Below, piece by piece: positions 1-13,321 of a stretch of DNA of 64,000 nt. Each line of letters opens with the position of its first letter. Within the stretch, counting starts at the first letter, position 1. Below the pieces are notes generated by a model. The model was not told the origin of the DNA and did not search any database. It worked only from the letters and a program-made list of their open reading frames with translations. This stretch comes from Octopus sinensis (Eukaryota): assembly GCF_006345805.1 (NCBI RefSeq), contig NC_042997.1, forward strand, positions 148,862,001-148,926,000, read 5' to 3'. A program made the translations under genes and the position numbers.

Positions 1-862
1 ACACGTATCAGTTCGATGAGAACTGTGTTTATAATCGAAAATGTATTTTGAAGCAAGAATTTGCATTAATATATTACAATTATCTTGGACTAATTCAATG
101 TTGTAACCAGCGCAAAACTGGGAAAATATCATTCGTTGAAACAAAAACAAAATTGTAATAGTTGATTTGAAAATCAGATATAAGTGTACTGTCTAAAAAC
201 CTGATAGATAATAAATATAACAGAATGCTAGCAAAAGTGAATTTAGTACGGGAATCAAAATTTATATCATTGAGTTTACTCTAATCATTAACGACATGAT
301 GTCATATTTATGCCTGGTGTCATATTTTTGTCACTAACATCGATAATGAAATTAACTATCCCCATACCAAGTATATATTTTGCTTACAGCACTAGAGCTT
401 TATGCAGTCTATGCTTATCTACAAATGTGTCCGACCACATAAAAAAAGGAAACACTTCTAAAGGCATCGCTTTCTATTTTAAAGGGATCCACCATACAAT
501 CTCTCTCCCTGCTATCATATATTTGGTTGTTTTCAATTTTGGCATAAGACGAGCAGAGTGGAGGGTAGGTTTTTGACAATGGCCTTCCATTCTTGGTTGG
601 TACTTAGTTTATCGACCTCAAAAGTATTCATAAGCAGTATAGTATGAGAAGAGATAAAAAGTCAAAAGAGGGGTGAAGGAAAAGAAAATAAAGTTAAAAT
701 GAGAGTTCATTATAAAACAGTCTTGCTTCTGCGCCTGCGCGAACACAAACTATGCTCTCGGTATTTAAATATAACTTCTATACATTCCACTCACGCATAT
801 ACGCACTAAAAATTATATTCATTAACAAGTATCTTAGCTGCAAACATAAATATGCTTTTAAC

Positions 863-905
<43 letters not shown>

Positions 906-2639
906 ATATATATATATTTATATGCATATATACGAAATCACATTCATACACATGTACTCAGTTACACACACCTATATATTTTGCATGACAATACGTACAT
1001 ACAGCTATATGGATAAACACACAGAATTTGCATAAGAACTGGCATATGTATGCATAGAATGACATACACACGCTAAGATATAAACATGTGTTTGTGTGTG
1101 TGTGTATGTGTGTGTTTCGGTATTATATATTCATGATGGGCAAATCAAATAGAACGATATGATTATGGTGTTTTAGAAACATTTCTGTATTGCTGTAAGA
1201 AATCTATGTTATCAAGAGACTCGTTTCGGAACAATAAGCAGCTTATTTCCACTTAAAATCTTGAATCATTCTCCATTGAATATAATACACACAGAAATGT
1301 CTTCAATACGGTAAATTTGTTGTAATCGATTTTATTACTTACTATTCCAAATATTATTGTAAGCTTTACCCATTTCAATTGATCCCTTATGTCTAATTAG
1401 GCAATGTTAAAATTATATTTATTCTCTACAGAGCAATGTAATTGTCATTATTTGATTTTAATCAAACCACTTGTGTAATATTTAAGATAATATTCATATT
1501 TGCTATTATTGACGGACAATATACAATACACAAGTGTATTTCTTACTTTCATATGTCAGTTATCATTGGACATATATTTCCAACGGTGTGATAGATAAGT
1601 TTATAATATTTTTGTTTATATTCCCTAAATTGCCTTTGTAATTATACTCTATATAATAAAATGTTTATCACCGAGAGAAAACACTGCCAAAGTAATATTG
1701 CTTTGTGAATAGTTAGAGGCTATATCGTTTTGACATCATATACATTAATGCTTAAGAAGTCTAAAGCAATGTCTTTCTTACATTTACAGAAAGTCTGTGA
1801 TGTTGTGTGCTATGGGCGTAAGTGAATTAGATTCAATTGTTATTTATACCGGAATCAATAACAATTGTGCAGATGTATATGCTACGGGGTTCAAACTGCA
1901 ACTCTCCCGTCTATTTATCGGTCAGTGCGCATTTAAGAACCTATTACTCAATGTACTCACTCTGTTTAATTCCTTCCATAGCATGGAAAGTTAGCTGTTA
2001 TTTCTAGCAACCCGTCTGATAACAGAAAGTCTTTTTTTTCTTTTGCGTCATTATTTGCAATAATTTATTTTTCCATCGGATATAATTTTCACATTTTCTA
2101 TGAATACCTTCATTAAAAAGCAATATTTCAATGCATGTTAAGTCTAACGTGTAAAATAGCAAGAGGGGAGCCACATTTCAGTGAAGTGGGGCGGTGTGCA
2201 ATGATGCCATCTAGAGGAATACTTTGAAACGGTGTGCATTCTCTCCTGATTACCCCCACCGCTAGCATGCTAGCATCCGGTGTGCGGAGCTCTCAACTTG
2301 TAGCACTTGCATGTGCATGTTGTTTAGAAAACAATCCTGAATTAAATATTGTAACATCACATTTTATGAAAAGAAAAGAGAAAATGAAAACAGTGTCGAT
2401 ATGTGTTCAATTCAACCTGCAATAAATAAGAGTTATTCGCTTAATTACATTACCGTCTATAATCTTCCTTTGGTTCCAGCCATTTCAACGGAAAGCTTCT
2501 TGGGAATAGAATAAGTAAATAAGACATCGATAAGTATAACTCTTAAAACTGTGTTAGTACTTCATTGTCTAATTATCAATGTATGTATATATATATATAT
2601 ATACCCATGCTGGGGTAACGTGTTGGCTTTAGATTCGAA

Positions 2640-2804
2640 CAAATGGTCCCCAGTACTTAAGCTCTAAGCCTCGTTCTTATCCTGTTGATTTCTTTTGAAT
2701 ACAGGGACTTAAACACACCAGCGCCAGTTCTAAGATTGTGGTCAGGGACAAATGCAGACAAAATAGAAATAAACACACAGTCAGACAAACAGACAGACAG
2801 ACAG

Positions 2805-2838
<34 letters not shown>

Positions 2839-3003
2839 GTAAGTATACAACAGGATTCTCTCAGGTTCCGTCTACCAAATCTATTCATATGGCTTCAAGC
2901 ATTTTTAGCCTGTATTAGAAGACATGCGCCCAAAGTGCTACGCAATGGGACTGAACCCCGAATCATGAGGTTGGGAGTGAAAATTCTTGGTGCACAGACA
3001 CCT
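2640..3003 (-). mobile_element. tRNA-derived CORE-type SINE (family B), degenerate
   Basis: Reverse complement contains GGGTTCAGTCCCATTGCGTAGCACTTTGGGCGC and TTTGGTAGACGGAACCTGAG plus an internal (TG)/(TA) tract, matching the copies at 33044, 41215 and 46909. Confidence 0.75.
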
Positions 3004-3307
3004 ATTTAAAGAGAGACATGAAAAGAGAGAAATAGCAAAACAGTTACGCTTTTAGAAATCCATAAAAATACATGTTTGTCCCACTTTCAATAATATGTTT
3101 ACGCACCTTATATTTTTCTACTATTATTGTTATGCAGTATATGCATTTATATAGATTATATGGTTGTATCCCAGGCCCATGAGAAAATAAGTCAATTCGG
3201 TTGTAAAAAAAACATTTTTTATTATATATGATATATTTCATATACATTACACGTGTTTCAATAGCAGGTGGAAGTATGTAGCATATTATATGATATTAAT
3301 AAAAAGG

Positions 3308-3495
3308 AAGGCAGCGAGCTGGATGTAATGCTAGCATGCCTGGCGAATAGTTTAGCGGTATTTTGTCTGCCTTTATGTTCTGAGTTCAAATTCCGCTGAG
3401 GTCGACTTTGATTCTCATCCTTTCGGGATCGATAAATTAAGTATCATTTGCGTACTAAGATTGATCTAATCGACTGCCTCCCTTCCCAAAAATAT
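3308..3495 (+). mobile_element. tRNA-derived SINE (family A, Meta-like central domain)
   Basis: AAGGCAGCGAGCTGG head, B-box GAGTTCAAATTCC and GAGGTCGACTTTG..CATCCTTTCGGGATCGATAAATTAAGTA core; about 10 copies in the window. Confidence 0.85.
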
Positions 3496-3499
3496 CGTG

Positions 3500-3536
<37 letters not shown>

Positions 3537-3699
3537 GTATGTATATATATGTATGTATGTATGTATGTATATATGTATGTATATATACATACACTGTGTC
3601 CAGCGAAGTATAACATCATCTGGTGATCTGGTCGCTCACATGATCACATGATATACATATATATGCTGGGACATTACTGTTAGCTTTGCTACATTTCCA

Positions 3700-4100
3700 C
3701 TACGTCTGACCTCTTCTGATATGTTGTACGTGATGAATGAGGGATGTTGATGTTGTTGCCCGCATCTACGTTTCCAGCTGCAAGCTAGACTCATCCGGAA
3801 CTTTTGACCGGAGAAAATCCAGCTTTGTTTTGAAGACACCTATATCCCCCGTATACAGGTTTCTGAGTCGTGGAGTGGAGTTATTGAAAACTGTGGGATC
3901 TCGAAACACAAGCTGTAGTAGTGTCTGATCGTGTTTCCTGATGGCAATGCTGAGATCTCTTGCAGTATGCACAGGTTCTTCTTTGTGCATTTGTGTTAGT
4001 TTCAATGCTAAAGTTTCGTGCAAGTCTGTCCATGCTTTTCCAAATGTGTATCACAACATATGATCTCCATATTTGTTCTGGGGAATAGAGTCATATACAG
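3700..4100 (-). mobile_element. CR1/L2-type LINE 3' fragment (RT C-terminus), decayed
   Basis: Minus-strand translation LYSPEQIWRSYVVIHIW ... PTVFNNSTPRLRNL..DIGVFKTKLDFLRSKVPDE resembles the conserved LYSLERRR...FKxxLDxxLxxIPDEP end of CR1/L2 ORF2. Confidence 0.7.
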
Positions 4101-5113
4101 TATATACATCTATAATACCGAATACAATCACTTTGACATTCTCACACACAAATACGCGCCAACCAACTTTTACATATTTTAGTGATTGCACTCCAGTTAT
4201 AAATGTGTGAGCCTTTGTCGAACTTATGGATGTTTTTAGAAATGTAGTCGCTCTTTCTGTGATTATATCTTGAACTCATATATTTTAACCGTTTTGTATC
4301 ATTACCTGTTATTGTTTTACTACTGTATCTAGAACAAAAATAAACAGATGGTTTCCTGTTTTATATCGTTGTGAAATACTCCCAGTTCCTATTCCTACCT
4401 GCATGAATAAACTACAAAATACTAGCTGACATCCTATATAGATACATACATGTATGATATATATGTATATATGTATGTATTTATGTATATGTATGTATAT
4501 GTGAGTGCTTGTGTGTGTGTGTACGAGTGTGTATGTGTGTGTTTACGTATGTGTATTTGAAAAGAATTTTGTTTACAATAAGTATACTTTTATTTTATGA
4601 AAATATGATGATACAACAAATAGATAATTAAAGCTGAAGCCTATTGACTTCCAGAATCTGATATAGAATTTAGGTAGATGAGTTTTAAATACACTTATTT
4701 GTATTTTTCCTCATATATAGTAATATTTCTTTAATCTGACTCTATACAAAGGCGACACATAGACTGTCAGATAAAACGCAGAATTATATTAATAAAAAGA
4801 AACACGCGAAACATGAAAATTATCAAACATAAGCCATACGTTACTTTTTAAATAACGGATTTAATACATAAAAACATTTTAATGCTGTTGAAAACTATTT
4901 TCTTGGTTAAAGAAAACCAGGAAAATTAAACTTCATTCAGTTTAGACAAAGCATTTTAACATGAATAATACTGTGGCTTGTAAAGAGATCAGGCGCAGCT
5001 GCATTCGGCACATTTAATTTACACCCAGAGACACGCTAATAGTTTAGGAGTGAGATTTAGGATTTCTCGGTTTTCTGCAAATCGAATTTGATAAAACATT
5101 TCCCCACTTTTTA

Positions 5114-6455
5114 GCACAGTATGGCAACAGCATTATGTTTTCATTATTCTGTGTAACGTCCTTTCTTCTCTTTATTTCAGATCCTTTAGTTTTGTGGCGT
5201 ACCTCGCTTATAACTTTTGAATGAAAATAGCCCATGTAGGGACATTTTTTCATAAAACGAAGTTTAATTATACATATTAAGCATACATCGAGTATATATT
5301 GAAGAGAAACCCATAATAACATTATAATATTTGAATGATTTAGCCACACGAGCGCCATTTCGACAGATATCTTCAAAACGTCATGAAATCTGTCAATTTC
5401 TTAATAGTAGCAGGTTGGACTGCTGCAGCTTTGATGGTCGCTCATAAGACAACTTTCGATGTAAATTGGTGTCCATCGGTATAAACATCTTGTTTAATGA
5501 TGGACCCAAGATTTTCGATTGCGTTGAGGTCTGGAGATGTTAGCAGTCACACCATCAACATAGTATGCCGTGCGAGCACAGGAATATTTGGGTGGTTCTG
5601 GCAGAGTGGGAGGGGGCGATTTCATGCATGAATACGAGATTCCTTAGAGAACACAGCAGTATGTCATCTAGCCAGAGATTCAAGATCTCATTCTGGAAAA
5701 TACAGCCGGTGGTTGCGGTCACTTTAACCTCTTGAGGCACCCTGACTTGGCCAACAACATAATTCCTCCATAATGATGCCAGCCAACAACATAATTCCTC
5801 CACCCTGTTGTTCACGTCCTAAACGTTGGTGATGCGCATCTCTAAAATGGACCCAACCATTTTCCCAGCCATCAACTTTCTTCAAGTTCGCCCTGCCTTC
5901 GTCAGTGAATATAATACGACTTATGTCTAACGTCATGTACATTTAGACCCATTGAAGCCTCAAGCTCCTTGTAGGAGGAAGTTTCATGGGGTCTCGCAGG
6001 GAAGCCATGGTCTCGAGGATGCGATTTCTGGTGGTTTGGGGTACATGAAGAAGACCGGAGGCGATGAAAATGGCTTTGCTTGTTTCCCACGGAACTTGTG
6101 GTCAATATTCCCACATAACTTGTGGTCAATATTCCTTAAATCCCTAGCTGTCACTGTTTTGGAGGTTCCATCAATCGGATAATTTCTTCCTTGGCGCTCA
6201 TGTGGAGAAATAATTCATTATGTCAATAAATGTTATATCACTATGGTTTCTTGTTAAATAAATACTAAACTTTTGATTAATATGTATCATTAGTCTTAAT
6301 TTTCTGAAAAAGAAAAAAAACAAATGTCTAGATGAGCTATTTTCACTCAAATGCTATTAGCCTGGTTCCCCCAAAACTGAAGAATCTGAAATAATAAAAA
6401 GAAAGGACGTTATACAGAATAATGAAAACATAACAATCGTATTGCCATAGTGTGC
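5114..6455 (-). mobile_element. Full-length but pseudogenised Tc1-like DNA transposon with ~80-bp TIRs
   Basis: TIRs: 5115 CACAGTATGGCAACAGCATTATGTTTTCATTATTCTGTGTAACGTCCTTTC versus the reverse complement of ~6370-6454 CACACTATGGCAATACGATTGTTATGTTTTCATTATTCTGTATAACGTCCTTTC. Transposase motifs IIFTDE, QQGGGIML, FMHEIAPSH and SPDLNAIENL lie in shifted frames. Confidence 0.9.
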
Positions 6456-6799
6456 AAACCAGCTAGAAAAAGTTTTATCATAATCGATTCACAAAAAAAC
6501 GGGTTATCCCAAATTACACTCCTAAGCTATTAGCGTAGTTCTGGGTGCATATATAAGATATTATCTCATGGATGTAATGTCTTGAAGGTGAAAACTTCTG
6601 TCAGAGAGATTACCCTAGCAACAACTAGAGAAATACTCCTTCTCTGAATATATTTATATGTATATTAGATAATCATAACTTTGGACAGTGTACAAAGCAT
6701 ACATTGTAAGCACTCGTGTTAATTTTTAAAGGACAAAACGTGATTTCGTGAATCAGATAACTAGCCTTCCTCGATTCTGCATTACGTTGATTTTTATGA

Positions 6800-6813
6800 T
6801 ATCTATTTATCTA

Positions 6814-6844
<31 letters not shown>

Positions 6845-7020
6845 GTACGTCTGCCTGTCTGCCTGCCAGTCAGCTTGCCTGTCTGTCTGTATGTGTGCGT
6901 TGCATGCATGTGTGTGTGTATTTGTGTGTGTGCTCGTGTATGTGCCTGTGTTTGTGTGCCTGTGTGAGTATGCGTGTGTGCATGTGTTTGTGTGCATCTG
7001 TATGTATGTGCGTGTTTGAC
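6800..7020. repeat. Compound (TCTG)n/(TG)n microsatellite
   Basis: Visible directly. Confidence 0.9.
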
Positions 7021-7902
7021 AGGGTGTGTAATCAGTAAGAAGAGATTTTCCTAGGATGAGGAGAATGTAGGTGGAGATGAACGGGTATTGCAGACAGTAT
7101 ATCTGGCTTGGTATAGAAGCTTCTCATTGTTTGGCTTCAGTCATGCGTCTAGATAAAAAAAAGTATGCCAGAACTAGACATGTGTATAATTTCAAGAAGC
7201 AGATGCATTATACTTAGTGTTTCTACCACACGCACATATATAAACATACACACACACGTCCCCTCATACAAACACACACATGTTTTTGTTTCCGTGTGTA
7301 AATGCGTGGGTCATTAGATACACAACTATGTTGAAGTCCTATCTCTATTTTATATAATTTGCATTTTCATCCTAGTTTTTTTATTTTTAATGTAGATTTT
7401 GAACTGTGTGGTTCTTAAATCCATATCCATACTCTAAACAGTTTCATTATGAAGAATTGAAATGAAAATTTAACGTGTTTCTTATATACTGATGGAATTC
7501 ATGTCTAATTTTCGCAAGTTGTTTATTGACTGTCAAGTTTTCATTCGTTTGTCAAAGCCAAATTTGAAGTTAGGATTTAAAAAGAAATTATGTCAGTATG
7601 TTTGTACTGTTCGTGTTAATTTTGGTATTGTATTGCTCATAGTTTTTCTGTGAAATTTCACAAACTATTTATTTTCTTCTAATATTTCCCTATCTATTTG
7701 CATAGATTTGCATTCATTTTACAAGTGCAACGTGAAGGTGTTGTATTGTTCACTCCAATGTAACAGCTAGAATACTGGAGTTTGTAACATTCAATTTTAC
7801 AATCAAATCTATTGGTGACGTTGGTATTTGCCAGACTTTTCTTCCCGCTAATCCTTCAAATGAAACTCCTATTTACTGGATGTCAATATTATTCAACTGT
7901 CA

Positions 7903-8065
7903 GACGGCGAGCAGGCAGCATCGCCACTGCGCCAGGAAAAATTAGTAGCAGCATATCTCCCGACTTTGCGTTCTGTGTTCAAGTGCTGCTAAGGTCGACT
8001 TTGTCTTTCGGCCTGTTTTGTCGATAAAAGAAAGTCTGAGACTGATGTAATCGACTTAGCCCCTC
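7903..8065 (+). mobile_element. Family A SINE, degenerate
   Basis: GGCGAGCAGGCAGCATCG...TTCTGTGTTCAAG...AGGTCGACTTTG...GATGTAATCGACTT. Confidence 0.7.
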
Positions 8066-8515
8066 TTAGTTTCATTTGCAGTCTGAAGAAGATAGTTTTA
8101 ACCTAGTTGTTCCCTATATTCTAAAGTCAATCAGTCGATCGAGTGACAACATTTAAATATAAACGCACACACACATCTAGAAAGCATGTTATGATTGATT
8201 GATTGATTGATTCTAGTTTCAGCTCATGAGCTGTGGCCATGCTGGGGCACGTCGATAAAAAAAAATTAAAGTTTATAACGGCTCATTTCTATCTATTTTA
8301 TGTACCGCTCTGTAAAAACTGGAACAAGCTTGAACAGTGATGGATTTCATCTCAGATTACTTGGAGCACAATACCGAAACAACGATCACAAGACCACTTT
8401 CATAACATATCCTGGTATATTGGTGTACTTTTATTAGCAGCGAACTTAAGAGTTACTAGTAATTCTGTTTTGTTTCGACATACATACATACATACATACA
8501 TATATACATACATAC

Positions 8516-8579
<64 letters not shown>

Positions 8580-8652
8580 TTTACTTTGATACTTTGATAG
8601 GTTTCGGCCATTATTGGCCCAGGCCATGTCTAACTTAATAGCACCACCTGGT
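8580..8652 (-). mobile_element. Extreme 3' end of a CR1-like LINE
   Basis: CCAGGCCATGTCTAACTTAATAGCACCACCTGG closely matches 59420-59452 (CCAGGTCGTGTCTAACTTCTAACACCACCTGG), the 3' UTR of the CR1-like fragment. Confidence 0.6.
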
Positions 8653-8699
8653 ATATATATATATATATATATGCATATATAGATGTATATAAACATGCA

Positions 8700-8852
8700 T
8701 ACACAAATGACACATTCTGACGAAGAGCTCCGCTCGGACGGTTAAATCCTCCTCCTTTCTTTCCTTTCCTGAGCGTCCAATAACACTATACTTGTTCCAC
8801 GTCGTCGCGTTGTTGTGTTTCCTCTTTTCTTTTCAGGTTTCGATTAACTAGA
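8700..8852 (+). mobile_element. Penelope-like terminal repeat fragment with degenerate hammerhead core
   Basis: CTGACGA-A-GAGC-TCC-GCTC-GGAC at 8717-8739 followed by a pyrimidine-rich tail; same architecture as 26860-27140. Confidence 0.5.
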
Positions 8853-8972
8853 TGTATATATATATAATATATATATATATATATTATAATATATATATAT
8901 ATACATACATACACACATACACACATACACACACGCACGCACGCACGAACACACACACACACACACACACAC

Positions 8973-9006
<34 letters not shown>

Positions 9007-9058
9007 TATATATATATATATATATTATATATATATATATATATATAGATAGATAGAA

Positions 9059-9117
<59 letters not shown>

Positions 9118-9183
9118 TATATAGATAGGTATCCACATGCATGCGTGAATATGAATTTATATTTATACATTTCTTTTTCCTTT

Positions 9184-9222
<39 letters not shown>
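8853..9222. repeat. Compound (TA)n/(CA)n/(GATA)n microsatellite block
   Basis: Visible directly. Confidence 0.95.
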
Positions 9223-9223
<1 letters not shown>

Positions 9224-11605
9224 TTATTGATGCATACATCTATGAAATATTCATCAGCTTTATGCATTTCTCTGAAAATATAGTTAACAATATGCCGTCA
9301 CATAGATTAATTTAGCTACGTTTAAATAACTATAAATAGCCACACAATGAGCATTAGAAAATTTTAATGATATAATCTACCCAATCCGAACCTTTCTAAA
9401 ATAGAATTCTATTGCAACACCAATATAATTATCAAATTCACACTAAACTAAGCGGTGTGATGAAATGTATTACATAATGATATATCTTTGAGAACCACAA
9501 AACGATAAAAAGTAACTAAGAATATTGTAGTAACTACGAATACTAAGAATATTGTAACTTGGGTAAGGAAACGTTCACTTCTCACGACGGTACGTATTAA
9601 AAAAACAATAAAATTCCTACATGAAGCCAAAATAAGTTTCTTCATCATAGATGTCTAGGAACACCCATCTTATACAACCATACAGTTACACTACCCGCAC
9701 CTATTCTACACCCTTTCTTACTTGAAGAAAAAAAATGTACGTGTGGGCCCGCAGGGCCCACTTATATGTAATATAATTCGATTACAATCAGTGAAATTAT
9801 ATACGTCTCTGATTTCACATTAGGCTTGTATCTCAACATATGATGATACCTCTGCTGCAGTATCAGCATAATTCTTGCAATTATAAATATTTAATATTTA
9901 CATTAGAATAATTTAATTAAGACAAATAATATTGATTCAGCTTGAATATATGGCAAGACAGTTTTTAATTTAAGCAATTATATGTTACGTGGTTTAGTGT
10001 GTTACAAACAGTAGAGCAATCAATTAAACATTTAGCAGCATTTAATCCTACTATGGCCCATAAATTAAGAGCAAGTCATATAACAAATAGAATTATTCGT
10101 CTGTAACGCTGCGCTGAAAAAATATATCGTTGACTTATACTAGTATTAGAAATCGATATTTATAATATATTTTTGTTTCTTGCATTATTAGTTTTTCATA
10201 TTTAAATTTTTTTCCGGAGAAATTAATATTAGAAACATTTCAATATTTTTGTTCATTATCACAATGGCAGTTCGGAAATTATTAGAGATAGAAGATTAAC
10301 TCTCTTATTCAGGTGCAGTATGAGACAATATGTTACTTTCCGTCCATGTGTCAATATAGTAGCCATGAATATCGTATTTTATATTATTTCCAAACCAATT
10401 TGGGAATGAATCATTTGAATATTGTTTTTTAATGTCTTTTCATATCCCTCTTGCATGTTTCAGTTACCTCTCCACGCTACGTGTTCACAATCCCTCATAA
10501 ATAAGATTTAATTTTTCTCATCCACTAACAAGCCATCAATGTGCACTCTAGACACCTACGTTGTGTGAATAAAATCTCCTAAGTCATATTGCAATGCAAT
10601 TATGACATTTCGGTCGGTGCAACAAAGAGACAATCACTTTCCATATCAACTCTATATTTGCGTATATCACCATTCATTTTCTTTGACAACACTCGATTAA
10701 AGCTCTGTAAGAAACTAAGATGACAGTCATCAACATCCCTGGCAATGATTTCTAGTGACTATAAATTGATCACATAGCTAACCGTCCATCCAAAATTGTA
10801 GTGTTTCCATTTATAATTGCTAAAACTACCGGGACAATAGAAACAGCCAAATATGAATTGCAATAGCATATTTTTCCTCTGGGAACATTCACTCAAATAT
10901 TCCAATACTACATGAATTGCATGGAGGACGCGTCCCAAAAGCAATATTCTTTATCCAACATTTGTCAAATCTTCAATTATTTCTTGTGACTATCAACACC
11001 TAGGATCACCAATTACAAACAGCCATAACACACGACATTAAAAAAGACATCACACACAAGGAATATAGGAGATAATAGCAATTAAATGCAGCGTCCAGAG
11101 CAAGTAAGAAAAGAAAATATTGTAATACGGGAAAGCAGTCACTCAAAACTTCTTTACAGGACACTCTGGTAATATGTTTTGTGAAGATGAAGAAACAACG
11201 CTATTAAAATATTTATTACTTCTATTTTCATGAATTATGGCACACCATTCCTTCCACGATTCCATCCCCACAACAATCATACTTATATTACAACGATAAA
11301 AGGACGCATTTTGGAAAATCGTAAATTGTGCAGAAAACATACATGCGAAACACCAATAAAACGAATGAAAATTAATAAAAATGAAAGATCACTTGTGTAT
11401 GTGAATGACACAGCTTCTGATTTCAACCTATAAATCTGATATCAATAAATATATATTGAATCCACACACTATGAAAAAGAATAACGAATACAAACACACG
11501 CACACACACACACACATACACACGCATACACACGCATACACACACATACACATCACACACAGACATCATAACACAGGCACACACACACATATATATGTGC
11601 GTATG

Positions 11606-11660
<55 letters not shown>

Positions 11661-12139
11661 ACATAAATATAGATAACTGTGTGCATTCACTTATTATGTA
11701 TACACACGTACTTATCGACAATACCCTAAAACGCTTCTTTTCAGCTGATTCGAAAGGAACATAAACAGCAGAAATTCTTCGTGCACATGGAAATTGCAGC
11801 ACATGCATCGGCAACGTCATTACATGGAACCTTTCTATCGGAATTATTGTCAGTAATCAAAATTGGAGAAGAAAAGCAATTGTTATTCTCTAGAGTTCAC
11901 TTCGCTTGCTCTGCTTTTACAAGCTGAAGTTTCTTCACATGGACAGAAATAGACTTAAAATACAGAGAAAATGACATGCACAAGCTGTCATACTGTAACC
12001 ATACAATTAAGCACTGCATGACAAAATGTTCGGAAGGGTACTCAGCTTAGCATATTCCATCTAATGTCAGGAAGAACAAATTATAGGTTATACGTTCTAG
12101 TCTGGACTGATAAAAACGCGTCTGCTATAAATCTTATTG

Positions 12140-13281
12140 ATATTATCTGACTTGGAACTACAGAACAATAACACCTACAGAAATGCATAAGTAACTCAGT
12201 GGTAGATAGAACGAAAGGTACCAGGATTTTCCAGCGCTGAAGTTCACCGGAAAACAAAGGGAGTAGAAATATATGTCTGGGATCACTATGAAAGATTGTT
12301 TTCCTGACCAAACTAACTGAAAGTGTTAAGGAATTATCTACCTTCCTAATGATTCAGAACAGCGTTTTGTGTTTGCGTACTTATTCCTTTTATTGTCCAC
12401 AAGGGGCTAAACGTAGAGGGGACAAGCAGAGACAGAAAAAGGAATTAAGTCGATTACATCGATCCCAGTGCATAACTGGTACTTAATTTATCGACCCCGA
12501 AAGGATGAAAGGCAAAGTCGACGTCGGTGGAATTTCAACTCAGAACGTAACTGCAGACGAAACACCGCTAAGAATTTCGCCCGGCGTGTTTACGTTTCTG
12601 CCAGCTCGCCACCTTTTTGTAGTTGCGTACTGACAACCAAGATGCTATGCGTGTATTGCGAAATACCACTCAGCGATTTTGTACTCGACATAAAACACTA
12701 GAGAGGAAACCTACCCCTACTACTACTGATGACAGGTGCAGCCCAAAGATATACAGCAAGTAGAGCACAATGATGTACGAAGGAAATTGACACGAGAGCT
12801 GTAACATCAACATAAACAAGTGAAGCAACAGTCTTGGAAATATTGCCAGGTGGATGGACAAAGAAGTAAATAAAAAGGACCGGACACACGAAAATCACTT
12901 TTGTGTGGCTCGTTGTGATGTGGTGTATTATTTTAAAGGTACAATTGCACGCAACACCAAACAAACACACACACAACACACATACATACGCTCACACACA
13001 CACACGTTCACAGACACCAAGCTGAGGCAAATCGACAATGAAAAGTCTACTACCAAAACTGCCACAATCTGTACCCGTCTCAACAAAATGAAAACACACA
13101 GAGGATAGGGAGGATCAGACAGAGAAAACACTTAACCTTTAATCAAACTCTCATCGAGTTTTTCAAATTCCATTCGGAAAGAAAGGTGGGTGTAAAACGG
13201 AAGATGCCGAGTCTAGCAATATGAACCTATAATTAGCATATTATGTGGTGCTAAATGTTTTGCAGCTTTCGTGGCCACTCT

Positions 13282-13321
<40 letters not shown>

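Noticed and set aside
12720-12790. CTGATGA conserved in both IR arms as a hammerhead
   Set aside because: Neither arm has a GAAA with proper stem II/III.
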